A stretch of DNA of 64,000 bases from the human T2T-CHM13v2.0 reference genome, Homo sapiens, in assembly GCF_009914755.1 (NCBI RefSeq), contig NC_060933.1; one strand, written 5' to 3'. The notes beneath the pieces were generated by a model. The model saw only the letters and a program-made list of their open reading frames with translations, searched no databases and was not told the DNA's origin. Below are positions 42,012 to 56,907 of this stretch, piece after piece. The translations under genes were made by a program, and so were the position numbers. Position 1 is the stretch's first letter; each line of letters starts with the position of its first letter.

Positions 42012-43204
42012 AAGGGAAATCTTACTGATGCTGAGCATGCAGTTCAGGGCCTGACATTTTCTATTATCATATTGTATTCATGGGAGACTATCACTTTGAT
42101 AACTATTTTGGTGTAAACAGCTTGTGATTTCTAGTGACTTGAGAAAGAGTCATTTAGGATATGGAAAGGGACTTGCACAGAATATACATTAGAGGTCAAG
42201 GTAGCAAACCAATTTTGCATTTGGCAGTGACTCAATTGCTGTCACCATTTCTGCCCTCTCAAGAGAGGGGAGCAATTTCCTTATTCTCTTATTTAATCTA
42301 CAACTTGCCCAATTTGGAGAGGCAGTGTAGGAGGGACTCATTAATGGGATAAATGGGCGTTGTGAGGAGAAAACATTAAAAATGAATCTATTTAAATTGA
42401 GGCCAGAGTCTTGTTATAAACATCGCAAATGGTGCTTTGTTTGTAATAATAAAAGTAAATGTATGAAAATTCATGAGTTTATTACCTAATAGAGCATGCA
42501 GCTATAGTCATTCTTGTATCAAACAAAAATGAATCATGTTTAAAGTTGTAGGTTTTCTGTAATATTATAAAATTTGAATTTTAGTAGGGTCTTAAACAGA
42601 CTCAGTTTATAAAAATCTTTATCGGTTTTTCCAAGGGCATTTGGAATCATTTTATTGACAAATCATTCTCATTTAAAGCCGCTGTCACGTTGCCGTCCTT
42701 GTTGATTTTCTTTCTTCCATTTTTACTGATCTCACACTTCTGAATCCTCTTTCAACATGGCTTTGAGTGTGATGGAAGCTGTTCTTAAATATTATTTTCA
42801 TTGTATAAAACCCTGTGTCTTTTTGAAAGTTCATTAGGAAATCAGTTTGCTTGATTTGACTTTTATTGTTTGTTTGCATTTTATGTCCACACAGATATAA
42901 AGTCATGGCACTGAAAAGGAGAGGGGTGCTCGAATTGGCACAGGTTTCATTAGTAATAATATCATTCTTGCATGGATTTGTTTGGCTTTCTCACTTAGGA
43001 AACCTAATAATTATGGTATCCTGTTAGAAGGAGCCTGTGAACCCTGATCCAGATAGCTTAAAAATGCAACTTCTGAGCAGTTGTCTCAGGAAAGATCTCA
43101 AATCATCATTAGTTTGTTCTGGCACTAAGTACGTGTGTACCTGAGGATGTATGCATGTTCTTGTTTAAATATATTTTGCATTTTCCTGTTAAGCTCTAGG
43201 ACTT

Positions 43205-43385
43205 GGTTTCAGAAGTTCTGGGTTTAAGTTCTTTCAAAGTAAGATGGCTGTATTACTTTAGCAAAGTCACTTAACCTGCAAGAATTTCCATTTTCTTACC
43301 TATAAGGTGGGGATAAAAATACATGTAGTACACGACTATTAGAGAGATCAAATGAAATTAAATGTGAGAACCTAAGTGAAACTGC
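43205..43385 (+). mobile_element. MIR
   Basis: ctgggtttaagttct...gcaaagtcacttaacct...ttttcttacctataaggtggggataa...gagatcaaatga. Confidence 0.75.
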
Positions 43386-43663
43386 CTGACAAGTAAAAGA
43401 TAAGTGATCCTTACAACTTTAATTGATTTGATGTCTAAGTTGCAAATTATATTAAGTATTCTTTCCAATGGTTATTATTTCAGGAGATATGAATGATGCA
43501 TTGTATTTATTGAGTTTATTGATTTACATAAAACAGAATTCAGTGTCAATATAAAATCATAGCGAGTGGAGGTAGAAAAGGTAGAAGCATGTGTTTTTTG
43601 GTTCCCAAGATGACATAAATGGCTACGATCATATTTATCATATTTATCCTTTATGCCTAGAAA

Positions 43664-43864
43664 TTAGAGATAGGCAGACCACAGACTGGAGGTCAAATCT
43701 ACCCAGTGACCCTCTACCTGAGAGCAGTTTTTATGTTTTCAAAGGGTTAAAAAAAAAAATAAAGAAGAAAGAAAAAAGGAGACATGTCAGAGACTGCATG
43801 TGTCCCCATAAAGCCTAAAATATTTACTACTTGGCCCATTGCAGAAAATATTTGGCGATTCCTG
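43664..43864 (+). mobile_element. MER58-like hAT MITE
   Basis: aaagcctaaaatatttactacttggcccattgcagaaaatatttggcgattcctg. Confidence 0.65.
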
Positions 43865-46800
43865 CTCATAAGCTCATGCAAATACCATCATAATAAAAAC
43901 CCATCCCGTAAGTTATTTCTAAATGAAATATGGTGTATATGCTAAAATGTTGAATAGATCATTAGGGATTATAATAAATTATACGTTTTGAAGGGAAGCA
44001 TTCTTTAATTTTTGGTTTAGTACTTCCATAATGTTGATAGTCTCCCAATGTGAGTGGAAATGGCCCTGATGAACTCTGCAAAAGGAACCAGGAATAACTG
44101 TCAGTAAACAGAAGGGCCCGCAGTTGCGTGGTGTAGCCAATTTGAAATGGTAACAAGGAAACTCAGTGAATAGATGGTGTTAGCACTGCTTATCTCTACT
44201 TCAGCACTCCCTGTGCAGAGTGCAGAGTGCAGAATAACCCTGGGACAAAGCTCCACCCACCTTCTCACACCCTGAAGTGTATTGCAGAAGAAGCTTAGTA
44301 ACCCCAAGGAGCCCTTGGATCAGAATTTCATGGCCATTGTTTACCTGTATTTCAGTCAAACAGATAATTGTCAACCCTTACTCCCTGCAAAGGAAGCCTC
44401 CTATTTTCAGAAGTGTGTTCAGTTTGCTTATGATCAGGAAACAGCCCTGAGCAGAGTGAAGTCAGGCATTTATAATATCATCTTTCTCCATCACTCAATC
44501 ATTAACAGATTTTGGGCAAAACAAGTATTTTTGGCCTATTTAACAAATATTGAATGGTATCTTTATTTGAATATTTTAATAAAAGCAGATCCATTAAATA
44601 TATTTATTGTTAAATAAATGTAGACTTGTAAATTATTGTCTATGATTCAGGATTTTCTGGCCAACAGAATTTATTGAAACTATGTTGTATCATGTCTTTT
44701 TTTCTCACTGTTGAATCCTTAGTGAATAATCACATTCTTAGCAGGTAGTTGGTACTTGATAGATATTTGCTGAATGAATGCTTCAGAAAAATTAATTATG
44801 AGTCAGAAGATGGAAGTAGTCTCATTAGGTGTAGTTAAGAAGGTCTTTATAATAATATTCATAAAATTAGATTTTACCTATATACAGGAGTATAGGTAAA
44901 GTTGAAACATGGTCTGTTTCCATTCTGCCAAGCTGGTCTGTTGCTTTGCTACTTCAGAAATATTTACATGACATCGATTTCAGTGTACATTTCAAAAATA
45001 TATATATGGAAAGAAATAGACCACAAAAATCAAAATTATAATTTGATACAGGTCATTATTTCTTTCATTCTCTTTATAGATCTTTTCTAGTCTCTTAGCA
45101 TATACACTCAGTATACACTTCATATTTCATGCATTACTGAGTTCTAATTATAAAATTTTCTTTTAATTATGATGATGTGAAATTATAGGAAAATCAGTTC
45201 AGGTGTAAGGAGGAGGAAGTTGCTTAGATTGCATACTACACATTTTCACAAGCACCAATCCCAAACCAGAACAACTGGAGCAGAAATTCTTATAACACCT
45301 TGTACGTAAACCTTGATTAACTTGTACCACAATACTTGGTGATTATTTGCATAAGTCTTGCAATGCCCCTGTCAGTGGTCTTAGGTTCCATTAATCAGTC
45401 AAATTCATAGAACTCATTAGGCCACAGGAGGTAATTATTCTATCCTTCTAGGATAGAAACATAATGTGCTAATAGGGTAGTATCTGGTTTATGTCTTCAC
45501 CAAGAGAGGCCAGCAATCCCAGAACAATTTTCTGCTCCTCCCCTGTCTCACTGCCTCCCAAGTGACACCACAGTTGTAAAGAATGAGCCATATGGTGGAG
45601 GGGGATATGACAGTCATTTTACCTTAAAAGCCCCATGCTCATAAGAGCAATATTTTTTGCAACAGCCTATGAATATAACTTCCAAAGCCCTGCAAAGAAG
45701 GCCACACTCCATTTCTAGGGGTCTAACCTCAGAAGCCCAATGCTAAGACTTCATCATTTATCTGTAGTCCTGGTCACAGATCTCCCAGTTCATGGTAATT
45801 TACCAACCAGGGTTCATTTTTACTGTAAGCAGCATTGCTTAGTGTCTGACATCTCACATTTCTCAGATATCAGGGAGACCAGAGCTAGAAAGTTAAACCA
45901 AAGTAATTTTTCCAAACATGAGGAAAAAAAGATTTTGTTAATCCTTTACTCAGAATATTCCCCGCCAAGACTGTGAGCACCACACCACAGCCCTGCGTTA
46001 TTCAGCTTTGTATGCCCCAGGCCCCAGAAATGCTTAGGACATAGTATGTGAATTATTTAGACTTGAGAAAGGAAGGAGGGAAGAAGAAGAGAATTAATAT
46101 TGTTGACCAAAATATTTCTTAAGTGGTACTTTGGTATTTTCCAGGAAAATGAAAACAGCATTTCTGACAGTTCATTACTTGAAAGTGTTATATTTTTATT
46201 TTCTGATATCATAGGTAATACTTATCTCAGTAGAGCAGACAGATGTCCAAAAAAAAAACAACAACAACAGGCATCACATTGACCCCTCCAATTTCAAGGA
46301 AGATTTTGATCCTCCAGATTCACATTTGTATGAGAAAACACTGCCTCCCAGCACCTGAGAACAGACCTAAAGTGAATCAGCAAGAATGACTACTTTCTGT
46401 ATATTCATTGTCAAGGAGTAAAGGAGACAATTTCCCAGTCCTCTATTTGTGGTGGAAAATCAGACAGGCTGCTCCCAACGCTCCAACCACATGGAGTAAA
46501 AACTAGTGGATCTAAGTCTCAGAAGACTAAACAGAACCCTCTGATAGAGTTAGAAAGCTTGAAGAGCAGGATTTGAGAGTCCTAATAGACCCAATGCAGA
46601 AGGAAAATCATCATGGCATAACTAGGGGCTGCAGACAGACATGGGCAATCTTTTTTCGTAGAAACAAGCTCAAGTCTCACACCAAAAACTAATCATTTAA
46701 AGCAGAAAAGGAACCAAAAAGCATGGCAGGTTAAATCTGGAGTACTAACCAGGGAGCCAAGACAAGGGGTCGCATTTCATTGTCATGATTAGTATATTTC

Positions 46801-46933
46801 ATCAACAGGAAGCTCTCATACACTATGGCCTTGTTGTTGTTGATCCCCAAGATACAGATGAGAAGAAATGTTAGTAAGGAGGTGCTTAGTGTCTTGGTCA
46901 GAACCATAAACATATATACATACATAAACCCTG

Positions 46934-48905
46934 TGCATTAGTCTGTTCTCACGCTGCCAATAAAGACACACCCAAGACTGGGTAATTTATAAAGAAAAGG
47001 AGGTTTAATGGACTCACAGTTCCACATGGCCGGGAAGACCTCACAATCATGGCAGAGGTGAGGAGGAGCAAAGCCATGTCTTACATGGCAACAGGCAAGA
47101 GAGTGTGTGCAGGGAAACTGCTCTTTATAAAACCATCACCTCTCATGAGACTTATTCACTATCATGAGAACAGCATGGGAAAAAATCCACCCCCTGATTC
47201 AATTACCTCCCAATGGGTCCCTCCCACGATGCGTGGGGATTATGGCAGCTACAATTCAAGATGAGATTTGGGTGGGGACACAGCCAAACCATATCATTCT
47301 GTCCCTGGCCCCTCCCAAGTCTCATGTCCTCACATTTCAAAACCAATTATGCCTTCCCAGCAGTCCTTCAAAGTCTTAACTCATTTCAGCATTAACTCAG
47401 AAGTTCACAGTTCAAAGTCTCATCTGACACAAAGCTAGTCCCTTCCACCTATGAGCCTGTAAACTCAAAAGCAAGTTAGTTACTTCCTAGATAGAATGGG
47501 GTACAGGCATGGGTAAATACATCCATTTCAAATGGGATAAATTGGCCAAACTGAAGGGGCTGTGGGTCCCATGTAAGTCTCAAATCCAGCAGGACAGTCA
47601 AATCTTAAAGCTCCAAAATGACCTCCTTTGACTCCATGTCTCACATCTAGGTCACACTGATGCAAGAGGTGGGCTCCCATGGCATTGGACAGTTCCGCCC
47701 CTGTGGCTTTGCAGGGTACAGCGCCCCTCCTGGAGGCTTTCACAGGCTGGCATTGAGTGTCTGCAGCTTTTCCTGGCAAATGGTGCAAGCTGTCAGTGTA
47801 TCTACCATTCTGGGGTCTGGAGGATGGTGGCCCTCTTCTCACAGCTCTGCTACGCAGTGCCCCAGTAGGGACACTCTTTTGGGGGGGCTCCCACCCCACA
47901 TTTCCCTTCTGCACTGCCCTGGTAGAGGTTCTCCATGAGGGTTCCCCCGCTGCAGCAAACTTTAGCCTGGACATCCAGGCATTTCCATACATCCTCTGAA
48001 ATTTAGGCGGAGGTTCCCAAACATCTGGCTTATGGTTACTTATGCAGATTTCTGCCGTGGGCTTGAATTTCTCCCCGAAAATGGGTTCTTCTTTTCTATT
48101 GCTTCGTCAGGCTGCAGATTTTCCAAACTTGATGTATCCTCTTCTTCCTCTTGAATGCTTTGTCGCTTAGAAATTTCTTCTGCCAGATACCGTAAATCAT
48201 CTCTCTCACGTTCAAATTTCCGTAGATCTCTAGGGCAGGATGAAAATACCACAGTCTCTTTCTTAAAGCATAACGAGTCACCTTTGCTTCAGTTCCCAGC
48301 AAGTTCTTCATCTTTATCTGAGACCACCTCAGGCTGAACTTTATTGTTCATATCACTATGAGCATTTTAGTCAAAGCCATTCAACATGTCTCTACGAAGT
48401 TCCAAACTTTCCTACTTTTTCCTGTCTTCTGAGCCCTCCAAGTCTCTAGGAAGTTCCAAACCTCTGCCTGTTATACAGTTCCAAAGTCACTTCCACAGTT
48501 TCGGGTATCTTTACAGCAGCACCCCACTACCCAGTACCAATTTACTGTGTTAGTCTGTTCTCATGCTGCTAATAAAGACATACTCGAGATTGGGTAACTT
48601 ATAAAGAAAAAGAGGTTTGATAGACTCACAGTTCCACATGCCTGGGGAGGCCTCACAATCATGGCAGAAGGTGAGGAGGAGCAAAGGAATGTCTTACATG
48701 GCGGCAGGCAGGAGAGCATGTGCAGGGAAACTGCCCTTTATAAAACCATCAGCTCTCATAAGACTTACTATCACAAGAACTGCATGGGAAAAACCCACCC
48801 CCATGATTCAATTACCTCCCAACTGGTCCCTCCGAGGATGCATGGGGATTATGGGAGCTACAGTTCAAGATGAGATTTGGGTGGGGACACAGCCAAACCA
48901 TATCA
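46934..48905 (-). mobile_element. Two-LTR THE1 (THE1C-like, MaLR) element with an internally deleted int region
   Basis: LTRs at 46934-47296 (3') and 48546-48905 (5'), both ending gggacacagccaaaccatatca; THE1-int at 47297-48545 (~1.25 kb); 5-bp TSD ccctg at 46929-46933 and 48906-48910. Confidence 0.93.
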
Positions 48906-49314
48906 CCCTGCCTTGGGTTTTTACTGTACTTCATCATTCCTTGCAACATTATATTTGAGAAGACAACCAAAGTGAGGTGAAGAACTATATTTTCTGATAA
49001 ACCAAGCTACTTATTCCTTTAAACATGGACCAGCATAATTTTTTGTGTTGTTTCAGTTAACAATGAATAAGCTATTTTCCTAGACTGGGGCAGATAAAAG
49101 GAGAGAAAAGATATCAAAGATCTAGGCAGGGAAGGATAAGGAAGAGGCAAAATAACAGGTAAGAAAACACTTCTAAAGCAGTAGATTGACCACTTGAGTT
49201 GATGTTATTTTATTGCCAATACTGTTTGTGCTCTGACTGAAATCTACTTGAATTACAACCAGTCTTACAAATACCTGACGATTCTTCAAACCTACAACTA
49301 TTTTTAAAAATACT

Positions 49315-49490
49315 GTTTTTGAGAAAACATTATAAACTCACAGAAATTTGCAAAAATAGTACAGAGTTCTTTACTTAGTTTCCCACGATGGTAACAGTTT
49401 ATGTAATTCTAGTATAATATCAAAGTCAGGTAACTGACATTGATACATTTTACAGGCCTTACTCAGATTTCACTGGTTTTGACATGCATG
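49315..49490 (-). mobile_element. Old L1 (L1MC/MD-like) 3'-end fragment
   Basis: aactcacagaaatttgcaaaaatagtacagag...gatggtaaca...tagtataatatcaaa...tgacattgataca. Confidence 0.6.
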
Positions 49491-52481
49491 TGTGTGTATG
49501 TGTGTGTGTCAGACAATACTTTAACTCACCATAAGAAATATTTTCTTGTTTTTAAAAGCTTGCTAGTTATTTACATTTGATATATCTAATGCTAATTATC
49601 AATAGTGATCTATTATTACTCAATACTATGAAATATACTTTTCATTTTTTTTCTTGCCTACAGCGTGTTATCTGTCAGATTTTGGAGCAGTTGATGAATG
49701 CTTTTAATAATTTCTTAAAATATTGTACATTATTCCCGATGGCCAAAATGAGGATTCAGAATCTCTATTGCTAAGTAGAAAAACCATCATAATTAATTTA
49801 AAAGTTCATGCTTAAGATTATTTCAGTATTAGGCTATCAAAGGATCTCTGAACATAATCTTGTATTATTTTATGTATCTATTTATTTGTTATTTTGAACA
49901 AGTTTTCCTGACTCTCTTCCCCCATAACAAAAAATTTACTGTTTTTAAGGCCTCGTGGACTTCATGTAATTCCAAGTACTTCAGAAGTTATTATCATCGA
50001 GTCACAAAAACTGATCACCACAAATAGACTATATGATTTCTTTTTACTTCTTAAATTTTTAAATTTTTTTTCTCAAATATATTTTGGTAAGCTTTTCATT
50101 GACAACAGGGGGATAATGCATTTTCGGCTATTTTCCATTCTTAAGTTTCATTTTTAAGATTATTATTATTTCCTTCTTGTAATTAAGTTGAAAAATACAA
50201 CTTAATTTTGTGGAGGTTCAGTAAAATATACTATCAAATATGCTGTCACCAATACTAATGAAGGAATATAGTCACTGCTCCTCCACAGAGCATTGATAGT
50301 AGGCAAAAAGTAGGGTTGCAGATAAAGGAGCCATGAAATCTTGGCAATTATTCAAAGCCTTAAGAATGTAGCCCTCTCTGAGTCTTAGCAGAATGATAGA
50401 AAGTCATTATACAAGGAGCTAGGATACCCTGGTCTAGTTCTCATTTGTAAAATAAGAGAAATAATATATGTTTTGCTTACTTCACAGGGTTGATGTGAGA
50501 ATCAAATGAGGCAAAAGTACTTTGAGCATTACAGAGTGTGATATAAGCAGAAGGTGGTAATATGATGATGCATAACATGACCAATTAGAAACATCAATTT
50601 TGCACAATATGTTGGAGAACATATCCCTATTTCTGGCTCTCCTCTCTCCTTCTAAGAGGGCTTTTGAAATAAATGGTTTTTGCTTAGATTCATACAAAAT
50701 TTAAAACCTGCAAGAAAGAATAGACACCCTAGGTGTCAGAAGGGAATACCAATGGTGAAAGTAGACAGAATCCGTGAACACCTGAAGATGTTTGTTCCAA
50801 GAAAAGAGTGAAATATAAAGTCACCTTTCTCCCACTTGCCATTGCTTGATAACCTATATGTATAATTGTGACTGTCAAGCAATGCAATGTCAAGGGTAAA
50901 GGGTGACCCCCTTTGTGTGACCTGATGTCTCTGATTCATTCTGAGCTCTCTCACATCTTGTCTTCCGATCTGGGATGAAACCTCAAATAAGTTAATGTTT
51001 CCATCCACATTAACAGATACGGAAGAAAAAAAGTTCTCAAAGCCGTGTGAGGAGAGGGCAAAAGGAGAAGTGAAGGCAACATCTCCCCACTTAGCAAGAT
51101 ACAGTGACCCCATGAAGGCCCTACACTCACTTCACCTAATTTGTATGTGTTCATGATACACAGAAATTAACAGGCACTTTCTCATCTGATTTTCCATCTT
51201 CTCAATAAGGTATCCCAGGTAAAACTTTAGACCTTTAATTATAGTGGTTTATTGTTAGTAGTAGATGATAAAACTTAGTAAGAAAGGCAGTAGAACAAGG
51301 CAGGCATGATCTTTAAGTCAAGATGCTCTTCAAGAGTTAAAATGGTTTTTTGAGGTAAAAATTATGTAACAAATTGTTTCATGTTTACTAGGGCTTTGAC
51401 AGTAATGACAGTATCCTTAAGAGAATCAGAAGTGATGCAATAAGAGGCATTTTTTTTAAGTTATTAGTTTGTCTACAGCCAATTTATTTTAGATGACATC
51501 CTATTTCTTTTAAGTCATTGGTCTGTAGATCAATTATGATTTATATAATGGGTTGTCTTCTGGAAGTCTAGGAAAATATGCATCTTAGTAATATTGTGGG
51601 CATATGCAAGAGAGCTTAACAGATGACTAATATTCCAATGAGTATTTATTACATAAGAATTGACTAGTAAAATTCATGTGTAGGTACATGTATGTTAGAG
51701 TGTAATATAATGAATATATTGTTTTTCTGGAGTAAAATCTACTAAAGTTTTCTCCCTATGCTGAAAGTATTCTAGATGCTCATACTCTGTGGTCTCTGAG
51801 CAAAAACACATCTGAAACATAGACTTTTCTTTTTGTGACTTTTATATTTAACTGACATCATAAACATACCTCTTGCTGACCACCCTTATAATTCTGTGGG
51901 AATAAAAAAAATGAATCTTGTTCATACACTTGAACTTCAAACAGGTCATGATGATGTCTATTGCTCTATAACTTGTTTTAAATCCATGTGAAAACACTGA
52001 GTCCAACTAAGATATAAAAATTTAAGATGACTGATATTTTTCTCGGGGTAGTGATCATTGTCATCTGAAGAGAATGGGCTAGGGTGATTTAAATGTAATT
52101 GAGCTAACCATTTGGACCATCAATTACAGTATGCTGAAATGTATTATTTAACTGTTACATAATGCATATGTATCAGCAGCAGAGTGAAGGTTCAGCTCAG
52201 ATAATTTCACTCTCTCCCAAAAATGGTTCATATAATATGGTGTAAAGCAATGTACAGAAATCTTTATAAGAAGCCCTTTATAAGGAAATAGTCACTATAT
52301 TATTCACTCAGGAACAGTCACTACGTATTAATGATGCATGTAATCTGTGCAGGGCTTTTTTACATTTTTGGACTACAAAACCAAGTTAGCTCTTCCATAT
52401 TTTAATAATATGGTAGAATAAATATTCAATTACATCTTTCCTGGTATGGTACATCTAAAACTCAGGAAAGTATTCAGGGGC

Positions 52482-52796
52482 TTTTTTTTTTTTTTTTTTT
52501 TTTTGAGACAGGGTCTCACTGTTGCCCAAGCTGGAGTGCAGTAGCACGAACACAGCTCACTGCATCCATGAACTCCTGGGCTCAAGCAATCCTCCAGCCT
52601 CAGCCTTCTGAGTAAGCGGGACTACAGGTGCTTACCACTATGCCCAGCTAATTTATTTTTTATTTATTTATTTTTTTGTAGAGACAGGGTCTTGGCATGT
52701 TGCTTAGGCTGGTCTCCAACTTCTGTGCTCAAGTGATCCTCCCACATTGGCCCCAAAAAACTGCAAGGATTACAGATATTGCAACCATGCCCGACC
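52482..52796 (-). mobile_element. AluJ
   Basis: Poly-T followed by gagacagggtctcactgttgcccaagctgg...ccatgcccgacc. Confidence 0.9.
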
Positions 52797-53510
52797 TTAA
52801 GGGACTTTTTAGTGCATGGTTGAGTTGGTGGGACACCAAGAGAATTTCTCTGAGAAAGTTCAAATCTATAAGCCTAGGCAGGTACATGCATTTTCGAGAG
52901 TGAGCAACCAACCTCATCCAGCCTGGAGGTATTTTTTAATAAGCTCAGGGCCTTGGTTCAGTGGGATGAGTGAGGATTCTGCGTAAACCAGAACCCCTGA
53001 GATACCATCTACAGTACTTTAACTATATGGGAAAAACAAAACCTACACATAGTGAGATAGAGGACATATTTGACTTTCTCAACCTGGGTAATAGATGAGA
53101 CAAGAGGATAAATAAATACACTTGTGTATATGAATTACTAACATCCTCATAGGATTTACACCTGTAATTCCTATTACCCGTACAGCCCAAATTTTAAATG
53201 TGGAAGTGGCAAATTTAAATCTTCTTTGGATCAAGGAGCGTCTCCCTCAAGCCTCAAAGAATTCACAGAGATAAAAGCTCAAGCAGTATGACCTCTAAAT
53301 GGAAAATTCATCAGCTACATGGGGAAAAAAATTGACATGAAAACAGAAGGGCAGCAGACACATCAGTGGAATTAAATTCACAATTTTGGAATTATTAGAT
53401 ACAGGATACTGTATATGTTTAAAGAATATTTTTAAAGTGTTTAAATCAAAAGAGACTATCAGAATTAACCAGGCATATTTGAAAAGGAACTTCACAAAAT
53501 GAAACTTTTA

Positions 53511-53660
53511 AGCCAGACATGGTAGCACACACCTGTAGGCCCAGCTACTTGGGAAGCTGAGGTAGGAGGATCACTTGAGCCCAGGAGTTTGAGGCCAGAC
53601 TGGGCAACTTGGCGAGACCCACACCCACTTCCCCACACAGACGAAAAAAAAGAAAGAAAA
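53511..53660 (+). mobile_element. FLAM_A-like Alu monomer
   Basis: gccagacatggtagcacacacctgtagg...gagtttgaggccagactgggcaac. Confidence 0.8.
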
Positions 53661-53863
53661 GAAATGTATAACAATCTAAGTGAATAATGCAGTGAATATT
53701 AAATAGCAGATTAGTCATGATTGAAGGTAGCTAAAGTGAAATATAGAATTGAGCAAGTTACACAGAATGCAGCCCAGAGAGAGAAGGTTATGGGAGTCTG
53801 AAGGAGAGAGTAACCATTAAGGTGATATGAGAATGTCTGATGTATGCTTCATTAGGACTTCGA

Positions 53864-54300
<437 letters not shown>

Positions 54301-54789
54301 AGGACTTTGAAAAAAGGAACTAGAGAAAGAAAGGCAGTTTTCAGAGAGTATAGCTGAAAATTCTGAGGAATTAGACTTTATAACAACAGGTTTAAGAATT
54401 CCTAGAAAGAAATTTTTTAAATTCTAAAAAATTATAAATGTTTCAAATTTTTTATCCTACAGGATAAAAAAACGTCAAATAGAAAAGCATCCAGAGAAAA
54501 ATAGATTGCCCAAATACCTGATTTCTTATCAGAAATAATGCAAGCTAGAAGACAGTGGAATGACACTTTTGAAGTGGGCTTACTCTAGAACTCTGTACCC
54601 AGTGCAATCATTTTTTAAGAAAAGTAAAAAGTTATTTTCTGAAGACTTTCAAGAGCCAAAAGACTTTCTCAAAGGTCTTTTCACATTTGTAGAATAAATG
54701 CCCAGATATTTATGAAATGTTCTTCAGAAAGAAATCAATGATCCAAGAGGGAAGTATGAGCTGCAAAAAGAAACAGAGCAAAGAATGTA

Positions 54790-55218
54790 CACTTGACCCT
54801 TGAACAACTCAGGAATTAGGCATGTTGACTCCATTCCATGCAGCTGAAAATCTGCATATATCTTTTAACTTCCCCCAAACTTAACTACTAATAGCTTACT
54901 GTTGACTGGAAGCCTTATTAATAAAAATAAAAAACCAATTAATGTATATTTTGTATGTTACATGTATTATATACTATATTCTTACAATTAAGCTAGAGAA
55001 AGGAAAATGTTATTAAGAGAATCATAAAGGAAAATTATTTTAGTATTCATTAAGTGGAAATGGATCATCATAAAGGTCTGCATCCTCATCGCCTTCATAT
55101 TGAATAGGCTGAGGAGGAAGAGGAAGGGTTGGTCTTGCAGTCTCAGGGGTGGGAAGGGTGGAAGAAAATCCATATATAAGTGGACCCAAGAAGTTCTGTG
55201 CTGTTCAGGGTTCAACTG
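54790..55218. mobile_element. Tigger2a-type (TcMar) MITE
   Basis: Terminal inverted repeats cacttgacccttgaacaac / gttcagggttcaactg; TA target duplication on both sides. Confidence 0.88.
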
Positions 55219-56314
55219 TATTTGTAAATCTAGACAAATACTGTTCAAATTACTAACTAATTAATTTCTAGGGTTAAAAAATCCAGGGTATCACTGTAAT
55301 CATAAGAAGCTTGTACATGGGTATAAGAGATGAGTAATCAGAGTTGAATCAGTCTAAAGTCTGTATTGTTTGGAAAAAGAGGATTGATAACGTTAGACTT
55401 TGTATTGTTAGCTATTTGTGATCAAATACCTAAGATTGCCACTAAATAATAGAATACATAACAACCAAGCTGGTATAGGGAAAAAGGTTACAGAAATGAA
55501 CATGAATATATCAGTAAACACAGTTACTATAAATGGTCTTACTCTCTAGTTAAAGACTCATTGAAAGTCTAGTTTCAAAAAAGACCAAGTTATATTCTAT
55601 TTATAAGAGATATAACTAATATAAACAGAGTATTTGAAAGTAAAAAATGTGTATACAAATTAAATAGTCACTAAATATCTTTTTTTAACTGCAAGAGCCA
55701 TTCAGTGTTAGTACATATTTATAAATGGTGTGTTTCATTAGAAAGATTACTAATTCCATTTTAAGTAAAACAAAATTCATAAAACTGCAAAGCATATTAA
55801 CAAACCAACAGTATAATAAATAAGCCTGATATGATGGACACATAAAGAGTAATTGGAGAATATACATCATTTTCAAACACATGGAACATTTATTAACAAT
55901 TTTCACAAACTTGGCCATTGGGTAAATCTCACAAAATCCAAAGAATTGGTTCATAGAAATAATATTATTTTATCACAAGTTAATCAGATTATTATTGATA
56001 CCAAAAGATAACTAATTACCCACATATATTTAAAAATATCAAAACATACTTACAAGTAAGTCGTGGGCCAAATAATAAACCAGAGCTGAATTTCAAAATA
56101 GAGGCCCTTGTGGTTCAGTAGCACTGGGCATTAATTAATAATAGATACAATGAACTATAAGAACAGTCTCATTAAAGGAATTACACATTTGAATAAAAAT
56201 AACTTACGAAGACTAATGAAGGATTATAGTTAATAATTGCTAGATTTGGGGGAAAATTAATAGTTGAGCTTGGAGTTTCCAAAATAAATAATTTTTCTTT
56301 TAAAAATTGATCAT

Positions 56315-56547
56315 AGTTTACAATTGATTATAGTTTACAGTAATCTATTTTATATCTCAAATTATCTAAAAGAGAATAATTCAAATGTTTCTGACATAAA
56401 GAAAAGACAAATATTTAAGGTAATAGATATCCCAATTACATTGAATTGATCTTTACAAATTATGTGAATGTATTAAATTATCACATGTACACTGAAAATA
56501 TGTACATCTCTTATGTATCAATCTTTAAAATTTTTGAAAAATGTTTT
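56315..56547 (+). mobile_element. Short L1MA 3'-end insertion with TSD
   Basis: L1MA 3'UTR text (aatatttaaggtaatagatatcccaattac...tatcacatgtacactgaaaatatgtacatc); TSD aaattgatcat at 56304-56314 and 56548-56558. Confidence 0.75.
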
Positions 56548-56633
56548 AAATTGATCATTTTTTGATGATGACAATGATATAATCAAATGCCAGAATGGGA
56601 AGATAATTATGAGTACATCAAAATTAAAGATAG

Positions 56634-56907
56634 TCTGTAATCCCATTGGTTTGGGAGGCTAAGATGTGAAATTCACTTGAGGCCAGAAGTTGGAGATTAA
56701 CCTGAGTAACATAGTGAGACCCTGTCTCTACAAAAAAATTTAAAAATTAGCCTGCTGTGGTGGTGCACACCTGTAGTCCTGGCTACTCAAGGGGCTGAGG
56801 TGATACAATTGCTTGAGCCCAGGAGTTTGAGGTTACAGTGAATTATGATCAAGCCACTGTACTCCAGCCTGGGTGGTAGAGCAAGAGCCCGTCTCCTAAA
56901 AAAAAAA
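56634..56907 (+). mobile_element. AluJ, 5'-truncated
   Basis: ctgtaatccca...gagcccaggagtttgaggttacagtg...ccagcctggg. Confidence 0.88.

Noticed and set aside
47528-47992. 154-aa minus-strand ORF
   Set aside because: It lies in THE1-int and is a remnant of the decayed MaLR internal ORF in an internally deleted copy; no evidence of a functional gene.
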